Shown one piece after another: positions 23,805-37,041 of a stretch of DNA of 64,000 nucleotides (position 1 is the stretch's first letter; each line of letters opens with the position of its first letter). Source of the DNA: Lama glama. Its lineage: Eukaryota. Location of the stretch: contig CM052818.1 of assembly GCA_028534125.1 (NCBI GenBank), forward strand, positions 26,042,001 to 26,106,000, read 5' to 3'. The position numbers and the translations under genes were made by a program. The notes below the pieces were generated by a model. The model ran no database searches, was not told where the DNA came from, and saw only the letters and a program-made list of their open reading frames with translations.

Positions 23805-24809
23805 TCTTCATTTCCCTGAGGAGACATACCAAAAAAAAATTGCTGGGACTGATGTCAAAGAACACATTGCCTATATTTTCTTCTAGAAGCTTTATGATTT
23901 TAGGTCTTACATTTAAGTTTTTTTTTTAATCCATTTTGAGTTTATTTTTGTATATGGTGTGAGAAAATAGTCCAGTTTGATTCTTTTCCATGCAGCTGTC
24001 CAGTTTTTGCAATACCATTTATTGAAGAGGTATAATCTTGCCTCCTTTGTATAGATTAATTGATCATATAAATATGGGTTCATTTCTTGGCTCTATTATG
24101 TTCCATTGACCTATGTGTCTGTTTTTGTGCCAATACCATACAGTTTTAATTACTATTTTTGTAGTATAATTTGAAATCCAGAAGTGTGATATGTCTAGCT
24201 TTGTTCTTTCTCAAGATTGTTTAGGCTATTAAGGTCTTTTGTATTTCTATACAAATTTTAGAATTATTTGTTCTAGTTTTATGAAAAATGCCATTGGTAT
24301 TTTGATACGGATTATGTTTTATCTGTAGATTGCCTTGGGTAATATGGTCATTTTAACAATATTAATTCTTCTATCCATGAACATGGTATATCTCTCCATT
24401 TGTTTGTCATCTTCACTTCCTTTCATCAGTGTCATAGTTTTCTGAGTACAGATCTTTTACTTTCTTAGTTAAATTTATTCCTAGGTATTTTACTCTTTTT
24501 AATGTGATAATAAATAGGATTGTTTCCTTAACTTCTCTTTCTGATAAATTTGTTGCTAGTATAAAAAATGCATTTCTGTATTTTAATTTTGTATCCTGCA
24601 ACTTTACTGAATTAATTGATGAGTTCTAGTAGTTTTTTTGTGGCATCTTTAGGCTTTTCCATTTATAGTATCATGTAATTGCAAACAGTGACAGTTTTAC
24701 TTCTTCCTTTCCAATTTGAATTCTTTCTATTTCTTTTTCTTGTCTGATTGCTGTGGCTAAGACTGTCAATACTATGTTGAATAAAAGTGACAAGAGTGGG
24801 TATCCTTGC
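23805..24809 (-). mobile_element. L1 ORF2 internal fragment
   Basis: Minus-strand frames include KRVKYLGINLTKKVKDLYSENY; frameshifted and degenerate. Confidence 0.9.
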
Positions 24810-24814
24810 CTTAA

Positions 24815-25930
24815 TCAAGTATCTACAATGACCAGCATACAATAAGAAATTACTAGGTATGTGGAGCAGTAGGAAAATGTGATTTACATCCAGGAAAAAA
24901 AACAACAGGAAATAGGAACAGACTCAAAGATGATGGGACTAATAGACAAAGACTTAAAACAGCCACTATGAATATGTCTACAAGTTTAAAGAAAAAGATA
25001 GGTATAATGAGTATACTAATGTGTACTCTTGATGGAGAAATGAAAATGATATAAAAAAAAGAAATGGAAATTCTAGAACTAAAAATAAAATATCTGAAAT
25101 TAAAAGTTTCACTAAATGGGCTTAATACTAGAGTGAAGCCCGTAAAAGAAAAGATCAGTCAACTTAAAGACAGCAATAGAAAGCATCCAAATGGAAGCTC
25201 AGAAAGAAAAAGACCAAAAAAAAAAAAAAAAAAAAAAAAGAAAGAAAGAAAGAAAGGAAGAAAAGAAAAGAAAAGAAAAGAAGAGAGCCTCTGTTATCTG
25301 TGAAAGACCATTACATGTCCAACCACAAATGTTGTTGGAGCCCCAGAAAAAGAGGAGAGAGAGAGTGAGATTAAAAAACTTTTAGAAATAATGGTCAGAT
25401 ATTTTTCCCCAAAATCTAACGAGAAGTATCAACACTGAGGATTCAAGAAATTCAATGAACACCAAACAGGAAAAAAACAAACAGACAAACAAACAAAAAC
25501 AAAGAAAACCACATCTAGGAACATCATAATCAAATTATTGAAAATGAAAGACAAAAAGAAAATCTTAAAACTAACCAGAGGGTAGAATACACATTAAGTA
25601 CAGGGAAACAAAGATAAGAATAATTCTAGACTTCTCAAGAGACAGTGCAAGTTGAAGACTGGTATAACATCTTTAAAATGCTAACAGAAAACTCTCAACT
25701 CAGAATTCTATATCCACAAAAACCATCTTTCAAAAATGAAGGCAAAATAATGAGTTTTTCAGACAAACCAAAACTAAGAGACTTTGTTGCTCATAGGTTT
25801 ACACTAAAAGAAATGTTCAAACAAAAAGTTCTCAAAGCTGAAGAAATGATGCCAAATGGAAACTTATATTTACATGAAGGAATATAGAGCACTTGAGATG
25901 AAAATATGTGTATAATTATAAAAGGCATTC
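24815..25930 (+). mobile_element. Old L1 (L1M) ORF1 region
   Basis: MEILELKIKYLKLK..LNGLNTR and WYNIFKMLTENSQLRILYPQKPSFKNEGKIMSFSDKPKLRDFV resemble L1 ORF1p. Confidence 0.85.
25201..25285. repeat. Poly-A / (GAAA)n / (GAAAA)n low-complexity tract
   Basis: Direct inspection. Confidence 0.9.
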
Positions 25931-25959
25931 ATTTCTTGTTTCTTTACTTATAATTTGCT

Positions 25960-28278
25960 GACTTCCAGGTACGGAAAACAATGGCTGCTGCTTAGCTTTG
26001 AGTCTCCCCAGACAATTTAAAAAACAAAACAAAACCCAAACCCAAACCCCAAACCTGTACAATAAATAGGGAGAGAAAATGGAAAATAATACCATGCTTT
26101 CAGCATTACTAAGAACCAGAGAATATTACCAGCCTCAATTATCAGAAAGTAGAAAAATGAACCAAATTCCAACAGAGTTCCCTTTTGCACACTGCTTCAA
26201 GCCTGTAAGTGTGTAAAGTGGGAGAGGGGGAATTAAGGGGCTGTATGAAAAAAGCAGAGGGGCACTAGGACTTACATGAAGCATAGACGATTCAATCCCA
26301 GGAAGAGAAAACACAACTAAGTTTAAAAATACTGAACATGATTTGGAACTTGGTAGTGCACAACACTAGCAACGTGGAAGGGAAATGGAAATGGGTGAGA
26401 GCAGAAGTGGCGGCCAGGGAGCAGCACTGCTTCTTGCAGAGACTAAAACAGAGACGCAGTGGTATCCTTCGGAGACATGGCCATGAAAGGAAAGAAGGAA
26501 ATGAGGATAAAATGAATGATCCTGAAAAAAAAAAACACACACACTAAACCCTTTCTTTCTTCACACTCTCACCATCAACAGCTTCCATAAAAGGATCTGC
26601 ACAGAAAAGGGTAGAAGTAATAGAAAATGCTGCCCTCACACTTGAAACCTGCTCCACAAAATGAATAGACATAGGAAAAAAAGAGACCACATCCAAACAA
26701 AACTGTTGTTTAAAAAATGCGAATCAAAGTAATTCAGCTGAAGAAAAAACCTTCCCCAACAATAACAACAAAAACCATGAAACCGAGGAAAACTGTAGCA
26801 AACTATTCAAATAAAAATTAATTATGTTTAAATAAGAATTTGCAGATATATTTCTTAAAACGACTTTGAATCAGAAATATAAAACCTCACAATACAAATG
26901 AATCAAAAAAGTGAAAAGAGAAAATCATAGGTGTTGAACTTAAGAAAGATGTAAAAGAAAATGACAAAATCATACCAGAAGTGAAAACTAAATTACAAAG
27001 CCCAAGGAAGAATAAATTTAAATAGAAATTTAATAAAAGACGTTGAAGGGGGGTAGGTATAGCTCAATGGTAGGGTGCATGCTTAGCATGCACAAGGTCT
27101 TGGGTTCAATCCCCAGTACTCCCTTTAAAAAAAAAAGACATTGAAGAAAAGCAGGAAAACAACCAACAGAGTAAAAATGAAATGAAGAAAGAAGTAAAAA
27201 GGCTCAGAGAAAATAACTGAAATGGAAGCTAGGCAAATCCAATTGGAGTTACTGAACAAGGATATCAAAACAATGGAACAGAACTAATACTTAAAATTAT
27301 AATCCAAGAACATCTTCCAGAAATAAATCATGAACTCAATCTGCACAGTAAAAGAGTCCACTTGGTAAAAGTGACCTGGAATGATCATCTCAGAGATGCA
27401 TCCTGGTAAAACTGCTTGGCTTTAAAGGGAAAGGAAAAAAATTCCATAGGGCCCCCTGGTGAAAACATAAGCCAGCCTGAAAGGAGGAGAGGATTAGGCT
27501 GGCATCAAGTTGCTCAAAAACAACACAGAGAGTAAGACGAGAATGGAGCAGCGTTTTCAAAAGAAACTTAAGAAAATACAAACCAAGAACTTTATATGTA
27601 GCCAAGCTGTTCTTCAAGTATCAAGAATATAGAAAAACTGCTGAATAGTGCAAGAACTCCAGGAATATCGTGCACATATGCCCAACCTGAGGGAGCCAAG
27701 AGAATGCGCTTCATTCAACCAAGAGATAACGGGACACTTAGCTGAAGAACTGAGGGTGAGCATTTCATATGTTTAATTGTACAGCTAGGACTTGCACAGG
27801 GTTGGAGACATGGGTATAAGAATGGTATAACATTCTATATATATATATATAACATTATAACATGGGTATAACACTGTATATTCTGATAGTGAAAAAATGC
27901 AGTTTGTTTTTTTTAATGGGAGAAGAGGGTCAGAAAGAGAAAGTAGAATAAGATCACTGACTTTACACCTATAAGTAATAGGAAGAGGTCAAAGGTATCA
28001 TTTAAAATCGACAGAGTAAAAATTAAATTATTTTAAAACAGAAAAAGAAAAACAATTAGGAGCACTACAAAAGTAACCATTAGAAGAAACAATCTAAAAA
28101 TTTCCTAAATATCAAAAGAGTTTCTCCAAAAACTAACTCAGATATACCAAATAAAAAAAAGAACTCAGGAAATATGACATGATGCACTCAGCAATGTCAT
28201 AAGATAATATGACAAAATTGGGTCCAAAAATGTCAGTTACATCAATATATATGAAAAAGTTTAATTCCCCTATTAAAT
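25960..28278 (+). mobile_element. Second old L1 (L1ME-like): 5'UTR, ORF1 and ORF2 start
   Basis: gacttccagg...aatggctgc 5' start; ORF1-like catcctggtaaaactgct...ccaagaactttatatgtagccaagctg; ORF2 start MTKLGPKMSVTSIYMKKFNSPIK at 28209. Confidence 0.65.
27048..27132 (+). mobile_element. tRNA-Ala(AGC)-derived camelid-type SINE (short form)
   Basis: A box tagctcaatgg, anticodon loop ttagcat, B box ggttcaatcc, poly-A; TSD aaaagac(g/a)ttgaa at 27035-27047 and 27133-27145. Confidence 0.95.
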
Positions 28279-28306
28279 GGCAGGCAGGCAGGCAGGCAGG
28301 CAGGGA

Positions 28307-28382
<76 letters not shown>

Positions 28383-28483
28383 GAAAGAAAAGAAAGGAAG
28401 GAAGGAAGGAAGGAAGGAAGGAAGAAAGGAAGGAAGGAAGGAAGGAAGGAAGGAAGGAAGGAAGGAAGGAAGGAAGGAAGAAA
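28279..28483. repeat. Compound (GGCA)n(GAAA)n(GAAG)n microsatellite
   Basis: Direct inspection. Confidence 0.98.
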
Positions 28484-28717
28484 AAGAGATTTCACTTCCA
28501 ATCATGATACATTAAGAGGGACTGGGTTAACTCTTCTGCTTTTAGTTATTAGAATATTGGATGAAATATATAAAACAAAGGTTTTCAAACATTGGTGAGC
28601 AGGCACAATTTGCACAACAGCAGCCCTGGAGTGCATTGATTAAGAGGAGGAAAACAAATGAAGTAAGCCCTGCCTGCCTCTGCTTATGCCTGGAGGCAGT
28701 TTGCAGTTTGCAGCAGA

Positions 28718-28745
28718 GGGAGGGAGGGAGGGAGGGAGGGAGGGA
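28718..28745. repeat. (GGGA)7 repeat
   Basis: Direct inspection. Confidence 0.95.
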
Positions 28746-28829
28746 GAGCCCAAACAACTCTGCTATCTTCCTGAGATGAGCAGACAGAGACTGAAGTTTG
28801 GTGAAGTCAAGCAGTATTACCAGATATTT

Positions 28830-28965
28830 TTTAAAGGATATTTTATAATGATAAAACAGTCAATTAATCAAGAAGATACAACAACTCTAAAGTTGCATGC
28901 TCCTAATAAGAGAGCTTTGAAACACAGGAAGCAAATCTGACAGAACTTAAAGGAGAAACAGACAC
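28830..28965 (+). mobile_element. L1 ORF2 endonuclease-domain fragment
   Basis: KGYFIMIKQSINQEDTTTLKLHAPNKRALKHRKQI resembles L1 EN GHYIMVKGSIQQEELTILNIYAPN. Confidence 0.8.
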
Positions 28966-29393
28966 CAGGTCAGATGCCAGGGCCAGGACCCAGCAGCCTG
29001 GAAGAAGGGAGATCTGAGGATATGAGAGAATCGTGGGTGTGCAGGCACCAGGGAACAGGCCACAATCTGCCTTGTGGTGGCAGGGGTTCCAGCCCTTCAT
29101 CTCTGATGGCCCTCCCAGATGTGTAGATGGCGAGTGTGGCCATTATCTAAACAAGTGACAATAAATGTGGTGACCTTAAAATGAGTATCATCACTATAAT
29201 AGTGAACAGAGGGAGTCTAAAGGAATATCACCCAGAAAAGCATGCCCTGTGACATAGGGATCCTTACACCCAAGGACTCTTTGCTGAAGACATCACTGAT
29301 AGGACTTGTGGAGAAGGACCACACTTTCCGCAAAACTTCAAAGCCCCACATAGGAGGAGAGGGATTAAAGATGGCAACTACAGACAACAGGAA

Positions 29394-29773
29394 TGGTATA
29401 GACAGAAGTGTTTGTATTCTCCTAAAATTTGTACGTTGAACTCTACCCCCACCCATGTGATACATTAGGAAGTGAAGCCTTTGGAAGGTTAGGATAGATG
29501 AGGTTATGAGGGTGGAGCCCTCATGAACGGGATCCATACCCTTATGAGTCACGCAAGAGCTTGCTTCTTCTCTCTGCCCTCTGCCACGTGAGAACACAAG
29601 AAGACGGCTGTCTGCAACCTGGAGAGGGTTCTCTCTACAACCCGCCTGTGCTGGGACCTTGATTCCTGATCTGGACTTCCAGCCTCCAGGCTGTGAGAAA
29701 TAATTTTTCTGTTTTTTTTATAAGCCACCCACTTTATGGTATTTGGTTACAGGAGCCCAAGTTGACTGGGACA
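29394..29773 (+). mobile_element. MaLR solo LTR (MLT1A0-like)
   Basis: TG...CA termini; gagggtggagccctcatgaacgggat...ggacttccagcctccaggctgtgagaaataa; 5-bp TSD aggaa/aggag. Confidence 0.9.
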
Positions 29774-30554
29774 AGGAGTTGTGCTGTAAAGAGTGGGAGA
29801 GATATGGGGCAAAGCCTGAACACGTTCTCTCGTAATGTGTGCTCACTGTGCAAGAGAAGGGCAGATGATCTGTGGTCATAGAATTGTTAAAAAAAAAAAA
29901 ACCAGAAGAAGAAAAGAAGAAAAAAATCTAGATGAATAATTCAGGATGCTCTCTGAATCACAAAAGCTAAAACAAAGAAAAAAGCTAGTGGGCCACTGAC
30001 ATGCTGGGGGCCATCCCCAGGGCCCCACTCTGGGACAAACTGAGTTTCACTGTGCCCTTCCTGTCCCCCTCCTTCCCACTCCAAACCCTCATTTCTGAAA
30101 AAATAACTTACATGCCCCAAATTTCCAATGTGATTGGCCTCCAACCGAAATGGTTTTTTTTTTTTTTGAAAACAAAGAAAACATATTTGGCCATTTCCCT
30201 GTTACAAAGAGCATTTTAAAAACGATTTGGAAAACAAAAAGAAAGATGAAATTCCATCACAAACAAAAGAGCTGAATGTTCAGTTAGTTTTATACAAAAC
30301 AAGAAACATAAACACAAGTGGTAGGTTTCCACACACCAAGTGTTTAACTTAGAAAATTAAAATACTGCTGGGAAATAACTTATCTTTTGCTCATAGAACA
30401 GCTGAAAAACCCAATAGCCCATCAGTTCTAGATGATGGTTTAAACTGGACTGAAAACTAAGAAAACTGATAGCAGCTACTTTGCACCAATTACCTACACC
30501 AGTAACCTACGGTCCTGCTGCCTGCTGGCTACTTTAGAGTAAGACTTCACGGCA

Positions 30555-30690
30555 GCTCAGAAGCTGGCACTGTTTTTATAGATGAGCGAGTTGAGACTCA
30601 GTAAAGCTAACAATTAGTGCTAGGTCACCTCAACATCAGTGGCGGAACCAACTTTTAAGTATAAGTGCGTTTGACCCCAACGCAGCGTAT
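30555..30690 (-). mobile_element. MIR SINE
   Basis: gtttttatagatgagcgagttgagactcagtaaagctaacaattagtgctaggtcac. Confidence 0.6.
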
Positions 30691-33226
30691 CTTTGCTTCT
30701 CTGTGCTGGTCCACTGTTTTCCTTCACCATCTCTTTTCCTTCATCAGCCTAGGGCCCAGAATCATGGCCATTTTTGAGATACTCTACCCCATAGGTTTTC
30801 GCAGCATGGAGTGAGATTGTGAATTTGCCTGTAGCTAACTGCCTAGAAGAGTTTAGTCAGTGAGCACTGGGGAAATCAAGATTCTCAGGAGAGCTAAAGC
30901 TCTCTTGGCTCCCACTTCCTCAGATACCCATCCAATAAGAGACCTCCCGGGAGAATTAGGAAGGCCAGAGGTAGAGCCCTCTGAAATCCCCGTCAGTAAC
31001 TCCAGGCCTCAATGAGAGACAGCAAGGACTATCCCAGCCTCCGACTGCCCCACTGCTGTGTCGTCTGCCTGTGGTTAATCAGATCCAATTACTCTAGGAT
31101 GGGGGCAGTTTGGAAGGGGCTCTTCCACAAGTGGGGAAGTAGATGGGGAAGAGCACTGCACTTCTCATAGGAAGACCACACAGCCTGAGTCACGGAATCC
31201 AGCTCCATTGCCTTCCAACGGTTTCCGGGGTGTCAGAGATATGGTAGCATTAAGGGCGTACTCTGAAACCACTTCCCCTCCCAGTAATCTCTGATTTCTT
31301 CTAGCTTCTTGTTTTTATCATACTAAGAGGATATCAGCATCCCCTTATAGCACCTGCTGTGCTTTTGAAAAAGTTTACCCGTGTTCCCTTGAAAACCAAG
31401 AGAAGGGAACGGGAGAAGGCTTTAAAAGGCAGGTCTTCAAAAGAGGATTGATAATTGCACCATTAAAATGGGCCCAGGGAGGTCTCACGCCATATGGGTC
31501 CTGGAGCAACCTGAATTCATGCTCTTCCTGAAATCTTGAGAGCCTCAGCTTAGGAAAACCTGTTGAATTCTGCAGGCAGAAGGGCATTCCTGGCCCCTCT
31601 CTGCTGACATCACCTCACATCTTTGGGGACTCAGGCCCTCAGCTGCAGAGGACACAGCACAGACGCCCACTGCTCTGCATGAAATGCTTTGCAGACCCAT
31701 CGAGGCCCCTGTGGAGTTTTGTCTTGTTCCCCCCAACCCCAGGCCACTGCGTCCTGCCTTGGCCTCCACCCAGCCCTGATGGAGGTCTCAACGCGTGTTG
31801 TCACAAACCAGACAGGCCCCAGGGTTTGCAGAGCGTCCCACACATGCTAACTTCTGCATCAGTGGCACTCGCCCACATCCCCCACACCCAGCATCTGTCT
31901 CTGAGCTTACTAGTGAACTAATGTGTCTTACATATTCATGATACTGGCGAATTCAGGGTCTCAAGGAAGCTGATTTTTTGTATTTTCCAATTCGTGCTTC
32001 CACCAGGCGGTTTACCAGTACCCTGGGCGTTTACATTTACTGTCATCAGAAGGGCAGCAGGCCAGAGGAAGGATGGGTCAGTACGTTCCTGTCCTTGGGT
32101 TCTGCACAAACAGTACTTTAAAAGTAAATAACAAACTTTAAAAAAATGAACTTCGAGGGTAATTTCCACCCTTTCTCATCTCAGCTCTGATACTACAGAG
32201 TTTCACTGCTTTTTTTGCATCTCTGTGTATCGTTCCTGTACTACTTGCCTGGACTCTGTTTCTTCAACCTGTATGGAAAAGGAAACACATTGAAGGAGGC
32301 CTCTGTCTGTCTGAGTTCCTTTGTAATGCCAGCCTTAGTTTCAGGGCTTTCCCTGTAGCAACAGTTGAAAACAATGCGGTGAAAATTTGCTGAAGATGTT
32401 TTGAAACATGGATGCTTCAAGAACATTCTTTAAAAAGATATATGACAAGCTGGCCAACATTACTGGCTTTGGTTGCTTTGATGAACTGAGTGGGAATGTG
32501 AGCCTCTTGAAAAGAGATCCCAAAGAGGGGGTGCACCCCCAGCCCACGTCAGAGGGAGGGAGGCAGCCTGGGTGCAGGTCCTCGGCGGAGCCAAGTGGAC
32601 AGGTCATAGGTCTTTTGGAGATAAGTGGTCAGGAGAGCACAGGTCATGGCCAGGGTTGGGAAGGTTGAAGGATACCAAAAAAGGACAGCTGCTAGTACGC
32701 CACAGCACTAAGACTACACTTCTGGAAGCTTGGGTCTTCCTGTGTCAGGAAGAGGCTCATACTGCTTCTCTTTAACAGAGGACAACGATACACATCTGAT
32801 GACACAATTAAGAGACCCGATACTTGACAGTTGCTGACTGAGTACCACCTAGCACTCCTTCCCCTGTACGAGACCCAGGTTAGCATCCACAGTGCACACC
32901 CACCACTCACTGCTACTGCAGCCCCACGCCAGAGCCAGGGGCCCTAGCCCAGCAGGGTATCTGTGGCTCCCACCTCTGAGGAGACTACGATCTGTTGTGC
33001 CAAGCTGGAGGGGGAGGGCCCTGGACAACTAGGCACCCATCCTCTAGCTGTTACTCCAATACCCCTTTTATTCTTGGGCCAACAGGTAGCTGGTGTCCAA
33101 GACCTTCCTGGGGACCAACAAAAATGATACAAGTCATTTAGGAGGCAGTGTGGGCTTGCCTTCTCTTACTTCCTGGACCAGTTTTCAAGCATAGAATGCT
33201 CCAGTTCACAAAGGGCTCGATTCTTT

Positions 33227-33406
33227 CAGGGGCCAGCAAACCACAGCCTAGGGGTTGCAGGCCAAATCCGACCATGCCCATTCATATAAATGTATTGTCT
33301 AATGACTGTTTGCCAATGGCACAGCCGGGTAACAAAGACTGAAAGGCCCACAAAGGCAAAAACATGTAGTATCTGGCCCTTTCTGGAAACAGTTTGCTGG
33401 CTCCTG
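33227..33406. mobile_element. MER58A-like hAT-Charlie MITE
   Basis: TIRs caggggccagcaaac ... gtttgctggctcctg; internal ccatgcccattcat...ggcccacaaagg...tatctggccctt. Confidence 0.85.
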
Positions 33407-35924
33407 AGTCAGAGTAAGACCACTTTTTCTGGAGGCAAGGGGTTATCCTTGCTCTTGCTCAGTGTCCCTAGTACGGGGTGGGGGTCGCAGTCCATTTTCT
33501 CCAGTTGATTCTGATGAGAAAACCAGGGTGGTCCAACGGGGAGGCTGTAAGCCCTTAATGTTTACAGCAAGAGTTTCCATCTTATACACCTAGTCGGTCC
33601 ATGGAGCTGGAATGATGGTGCTCACAGTAGAGAATCTTAACTATTTGGGCATCACACTAAACCAAAAATAAAAAGAACGAGGGATTCACATTTGTGTCTC
33701 ACATAAAACAAATCTAGTTACCAATATTGCTAAGCTGATTACCAGTTGCTTTGAGGTGGCTACAGCTGTGATCACATTTGGGCAAATGTGATTTAGATCT
33801 TGTCATGAAACAGGCCCGTGCCTTCACTCAGAGGTGGCCCAGATGACAGAACTGCAAACCCTTTCCATCTACAGTGGCCCAGGGGATAGCAAATCACCTT
33901 AAACTGCGTTTACCCTCCTAATATTTACCACGCCTGAACTCTGAGGCAAAAATCTAAATCCAAACCATTGCAGGGAATTGCCACTGTTGTGTCATATCTT
34001 CTTGTTTCCAAGAGAATCATGTGTTAGAAAGGGTGACTGATTGCTCAAAAGTCCTCAGCACCGATTCCCGTGTTAGCACCAGGAGTCTGGGTCAATGCTC
34101 AAAACTGACAGGGGAAAGTGTTCGCAAACCCAGCTCCACGCCTTTGCGGGGTATTATAACAGCCTCCACGTGGAGAGTCACTACAAACGTCCACAGTCCT
34201 CTCATGCCGGGGTGGCGTCTCATACTCTGGGGACTATTCTGGAGGAGGGTGGTTTGGTTAAAGACAGGCGAAGGGGAGAAGAGAGGCATTTTAACAAAAT
34301 TCTTGTATTTGTTTAGTTTCATCATGTAGCCTTCATTTTCGTTTTCACACAGAGCATTTTAGCAATGAATTTTGTGTGTATGTGCTAAAAAAGTGGTGTG
34401 CTGATTACTTTATTTGTAAGTCATAAATCACACTAATATCACAACATTATTTTGGAGTTTAGTGGGATCGTATAAAGTTCTCCATCACCAGGCAGACAGT
34501 TCCCTCGTTTACAGATAAAGAAACAGAGCCTCACAGAGGCTGCTGTAACTAACCAAGCCCCTCCATTGCTCCTTCTATAGACCACCAAGTCCTTAGTTTG
34601 GTTGCAGAAAATGGAAGAGGTTTCTTTTCTCAGCAGTCAGCCTCCCGCTGAAGACCAGACACTCCCTCCAGGCTGCTAGAGGGGTCTGGCCCTGGCTTCG
34701 TGGCTGCCACGACTACCAAGAGTGTCGCAACCGTTGGCAGAAAGACCGTGACCTCTCACTGTCCCAAAATGGGGAAACGAAACGGAAAAAAGAGGAAATG
34801 GGATGAAATGAAAAATGAGTGCCAACAACAGAGAGGGAGCAAGAAACATTGAGGAAGATAAAAGAAATGAGCTGTTCATCTCTCCTCTGCTTCTGGGCCC
34901 TCTCCTCCGTGATGCCCCAGTGATGCACGTGCTCACGGCATGGGTGCTAACTCAGTCATGGGAAGAGGGTTGTGGCAACTGACAAGAACCGTGTGGTCAC
35001 AGTGGTGGCTTAGGAATTCAACCCACTCCATCTGACCCCCAGTTGGTTAAATTAAATACACAGATTATCCTAAAGACTTCCGAACAAAATTCTTAAGTTG
35101 AACATTTCCTCCCTGTTCTTATCATTTCCTCTTCCCCTAAACTAAATTCCCTTTATTATTACCACCCACCAGAAGGGAGAATTGAAATTAGGTTCTCTTA
35201 CTTAATAGCTTGCCAAACTATAAACAACTCTCTCAAACTAAGCCACATCTCATCTAAGGAGAGGGCAATAAAAATAATGATCTATGTGGTCAAGAGTCCA
35301 GTGAGACATTTTTATAGCATCACAGATGGTTTTCCAAATTGCAGAGTGGCTTTGTTTCTTTCTGTGTATCTCAAATTCTCAGTCCATAAATTGGAAATCA
35401 CAATAGCTGTCCACTGCCTACTTTTCGGGTGAATTGGTTAGATCGCGAGGTTCTCTATATAAAAGCACTTTCAATCTTACAGAGTAGGTGGGAAAGAACC
35501 ATACGAGAACCTCACATGATGAGAAGGCTGCCTCACTGCAATGTTTGGGGGGAAAACAATTTGGCCCAGAGAACACCTGGCTCCATGCTGTATTGAGCTG
35601 CTTAAGAGGACTCAAGTTTAAGCAGCATCCCATCTTTCCGAGCTTCAAAGCTATCAAAACTACCAAAAGTGCCTGTGGGGTGGGATGGTGAGAGAAATGA
35701 GATTTGCATTTATCCCCTATTGCGCCTATCAATTTTAAAAACAAAACTGCTTAATTTCAGTTTTTGTCATGGTTCCGTTACCCCTGGCTCTGCACGCAGT
35801 CTCTGTTCCAACGTCAGCCCTAGGTGTGCATTAGACTTCTTCTCAGCACACCACCTTTCCCTTCTACCCAAACCAGGGGCTCTGGGTCCCTGAAATTTGA
35901 CAACCCAGACCAGAGGCGGCACTG

Positions 35925-36110
35925 CAGGGATGAGAACACGGGCACTGGAGCAAGGCTGACTGGGTGTGAATCCCATCGCCCCCCTCTGACCTGGTCCATC
36001 TCCTCACCGTAAAATCGGCACAACACTAATACACCTACTCATAGGGCTGAGATAATTAAATGAGACCGGGCCGAAAAAGCACTTAGCACTCTGCGTGGTA
36101 TACTAATTGG
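35925..36110 (+). mobile_element. MIR SINE
   Basis: gagaacacgggcactggagc...ctgggtgtgaatccca...ctcaccgtaaaatcgg...acctactcatagggctg...ttaaatgaga...aagcacttagcac. Confidence 0.75.
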
Positions 36111-36176
36111 CAATTTTACTTTTTATGTGCATATTGTGAAAAAAATGGTGGGGATGGGCAGGATAACAATTGGATC

Positions 36177-36795
36177 GGCCACTTTAGAACACAGCATAGT
36201 GTTTCCTCAAAAAGTTAGAAATAGAATTGTAAAATGATCTAGCAACTCCCCTTTTGTGTACATATTCAAAAGAACTGAAAGCAGGATCTTGAATAGGTAT
36301 TTGTATATCCACGTCCATGGCAGCAGGATTCACGATCATTTAGAAGCAACCAAGGCCCATTGATGGATGAATGAATAAGCAAAATGTGGTATATAAATGG
36401 GATATTATTCAGCCTTGAAAAGGAAGGAAATTCTGACACCTGTTGTAACATGGATGAACCCGGAGGACATTATGTTAAGTGAAATAAACCAATCAAAAAA
36501 CCACAAATACTGTTTCATTCCACTTTTACGAGGTACTTAGAATAGTCAAAATCATGGAGACAGAAAGCAGAATGGTGGTTCCCTGGGACTCAGAGGGGAG
36601 AGGAAATAGGGAGTTACTGTGTAATGGGTACAGAACTTCAGTTCTGTGAGATGAAAAGGGTTCTGGAGTTGGATGGTGGTGATGGTTGTGCAACAATATA
36701 AATGCATTTAATACCACTGAACTGTACCCACAAAAAATGGTTAAGATGGTAAATTTTAGGTTATGTGTGTATTTTACCACAGTAAGAACATTTTG
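36177..36795 (+). mobile_element. L1MA/MB-type 3' end
   Basis: aaagaactgaaagcaggatcttgaataggtatttg...catggatgaacccggaggacattatgttaagtgaaataa...gatggtggtgatggttgtgcaac...ttttaccac. Confidence 0.9.
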
Positions 36796-37041
36796 AAAAA
36801 GTCTCAAATTAGTGCTTCTTCCACAGATGGCAGTCAATGTTTTCCTTTGCTTTTATTTATCTTTTCTTGCAGGAAATTTGTTCTTTTAAATTAAGGCCAA
36901 GCAAATAGAATTGTTATTTGTTTTTACAATTTGCATGGCTAAATGGAAATAATTTGATGTTTCTGTCATGCTTCCTTTTAAAATTTTTCTAAATCTCTTT
37001 TTAAATTAAGTACCTTTTATCAGTCTCAACTGCACTTTAAC

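Noticed and set aside
27048..27123. tRNA-Ala gene
   Set aside because: Poly-A tail, TSD, imperfect acceptor stem and three related copies in the window indicate a SINE
25960..28278. HAL1 (ORF1-only) element
   Set aside because: An ORF2-like start (..FNSPIK) follows at 28209, which fits an ordinary old L1 better
28133..28598. K/E/R-rich and F/L/S-rich ORFs on both strands
   Set aside because: Translations of the GAAA/GAAG microsatellite
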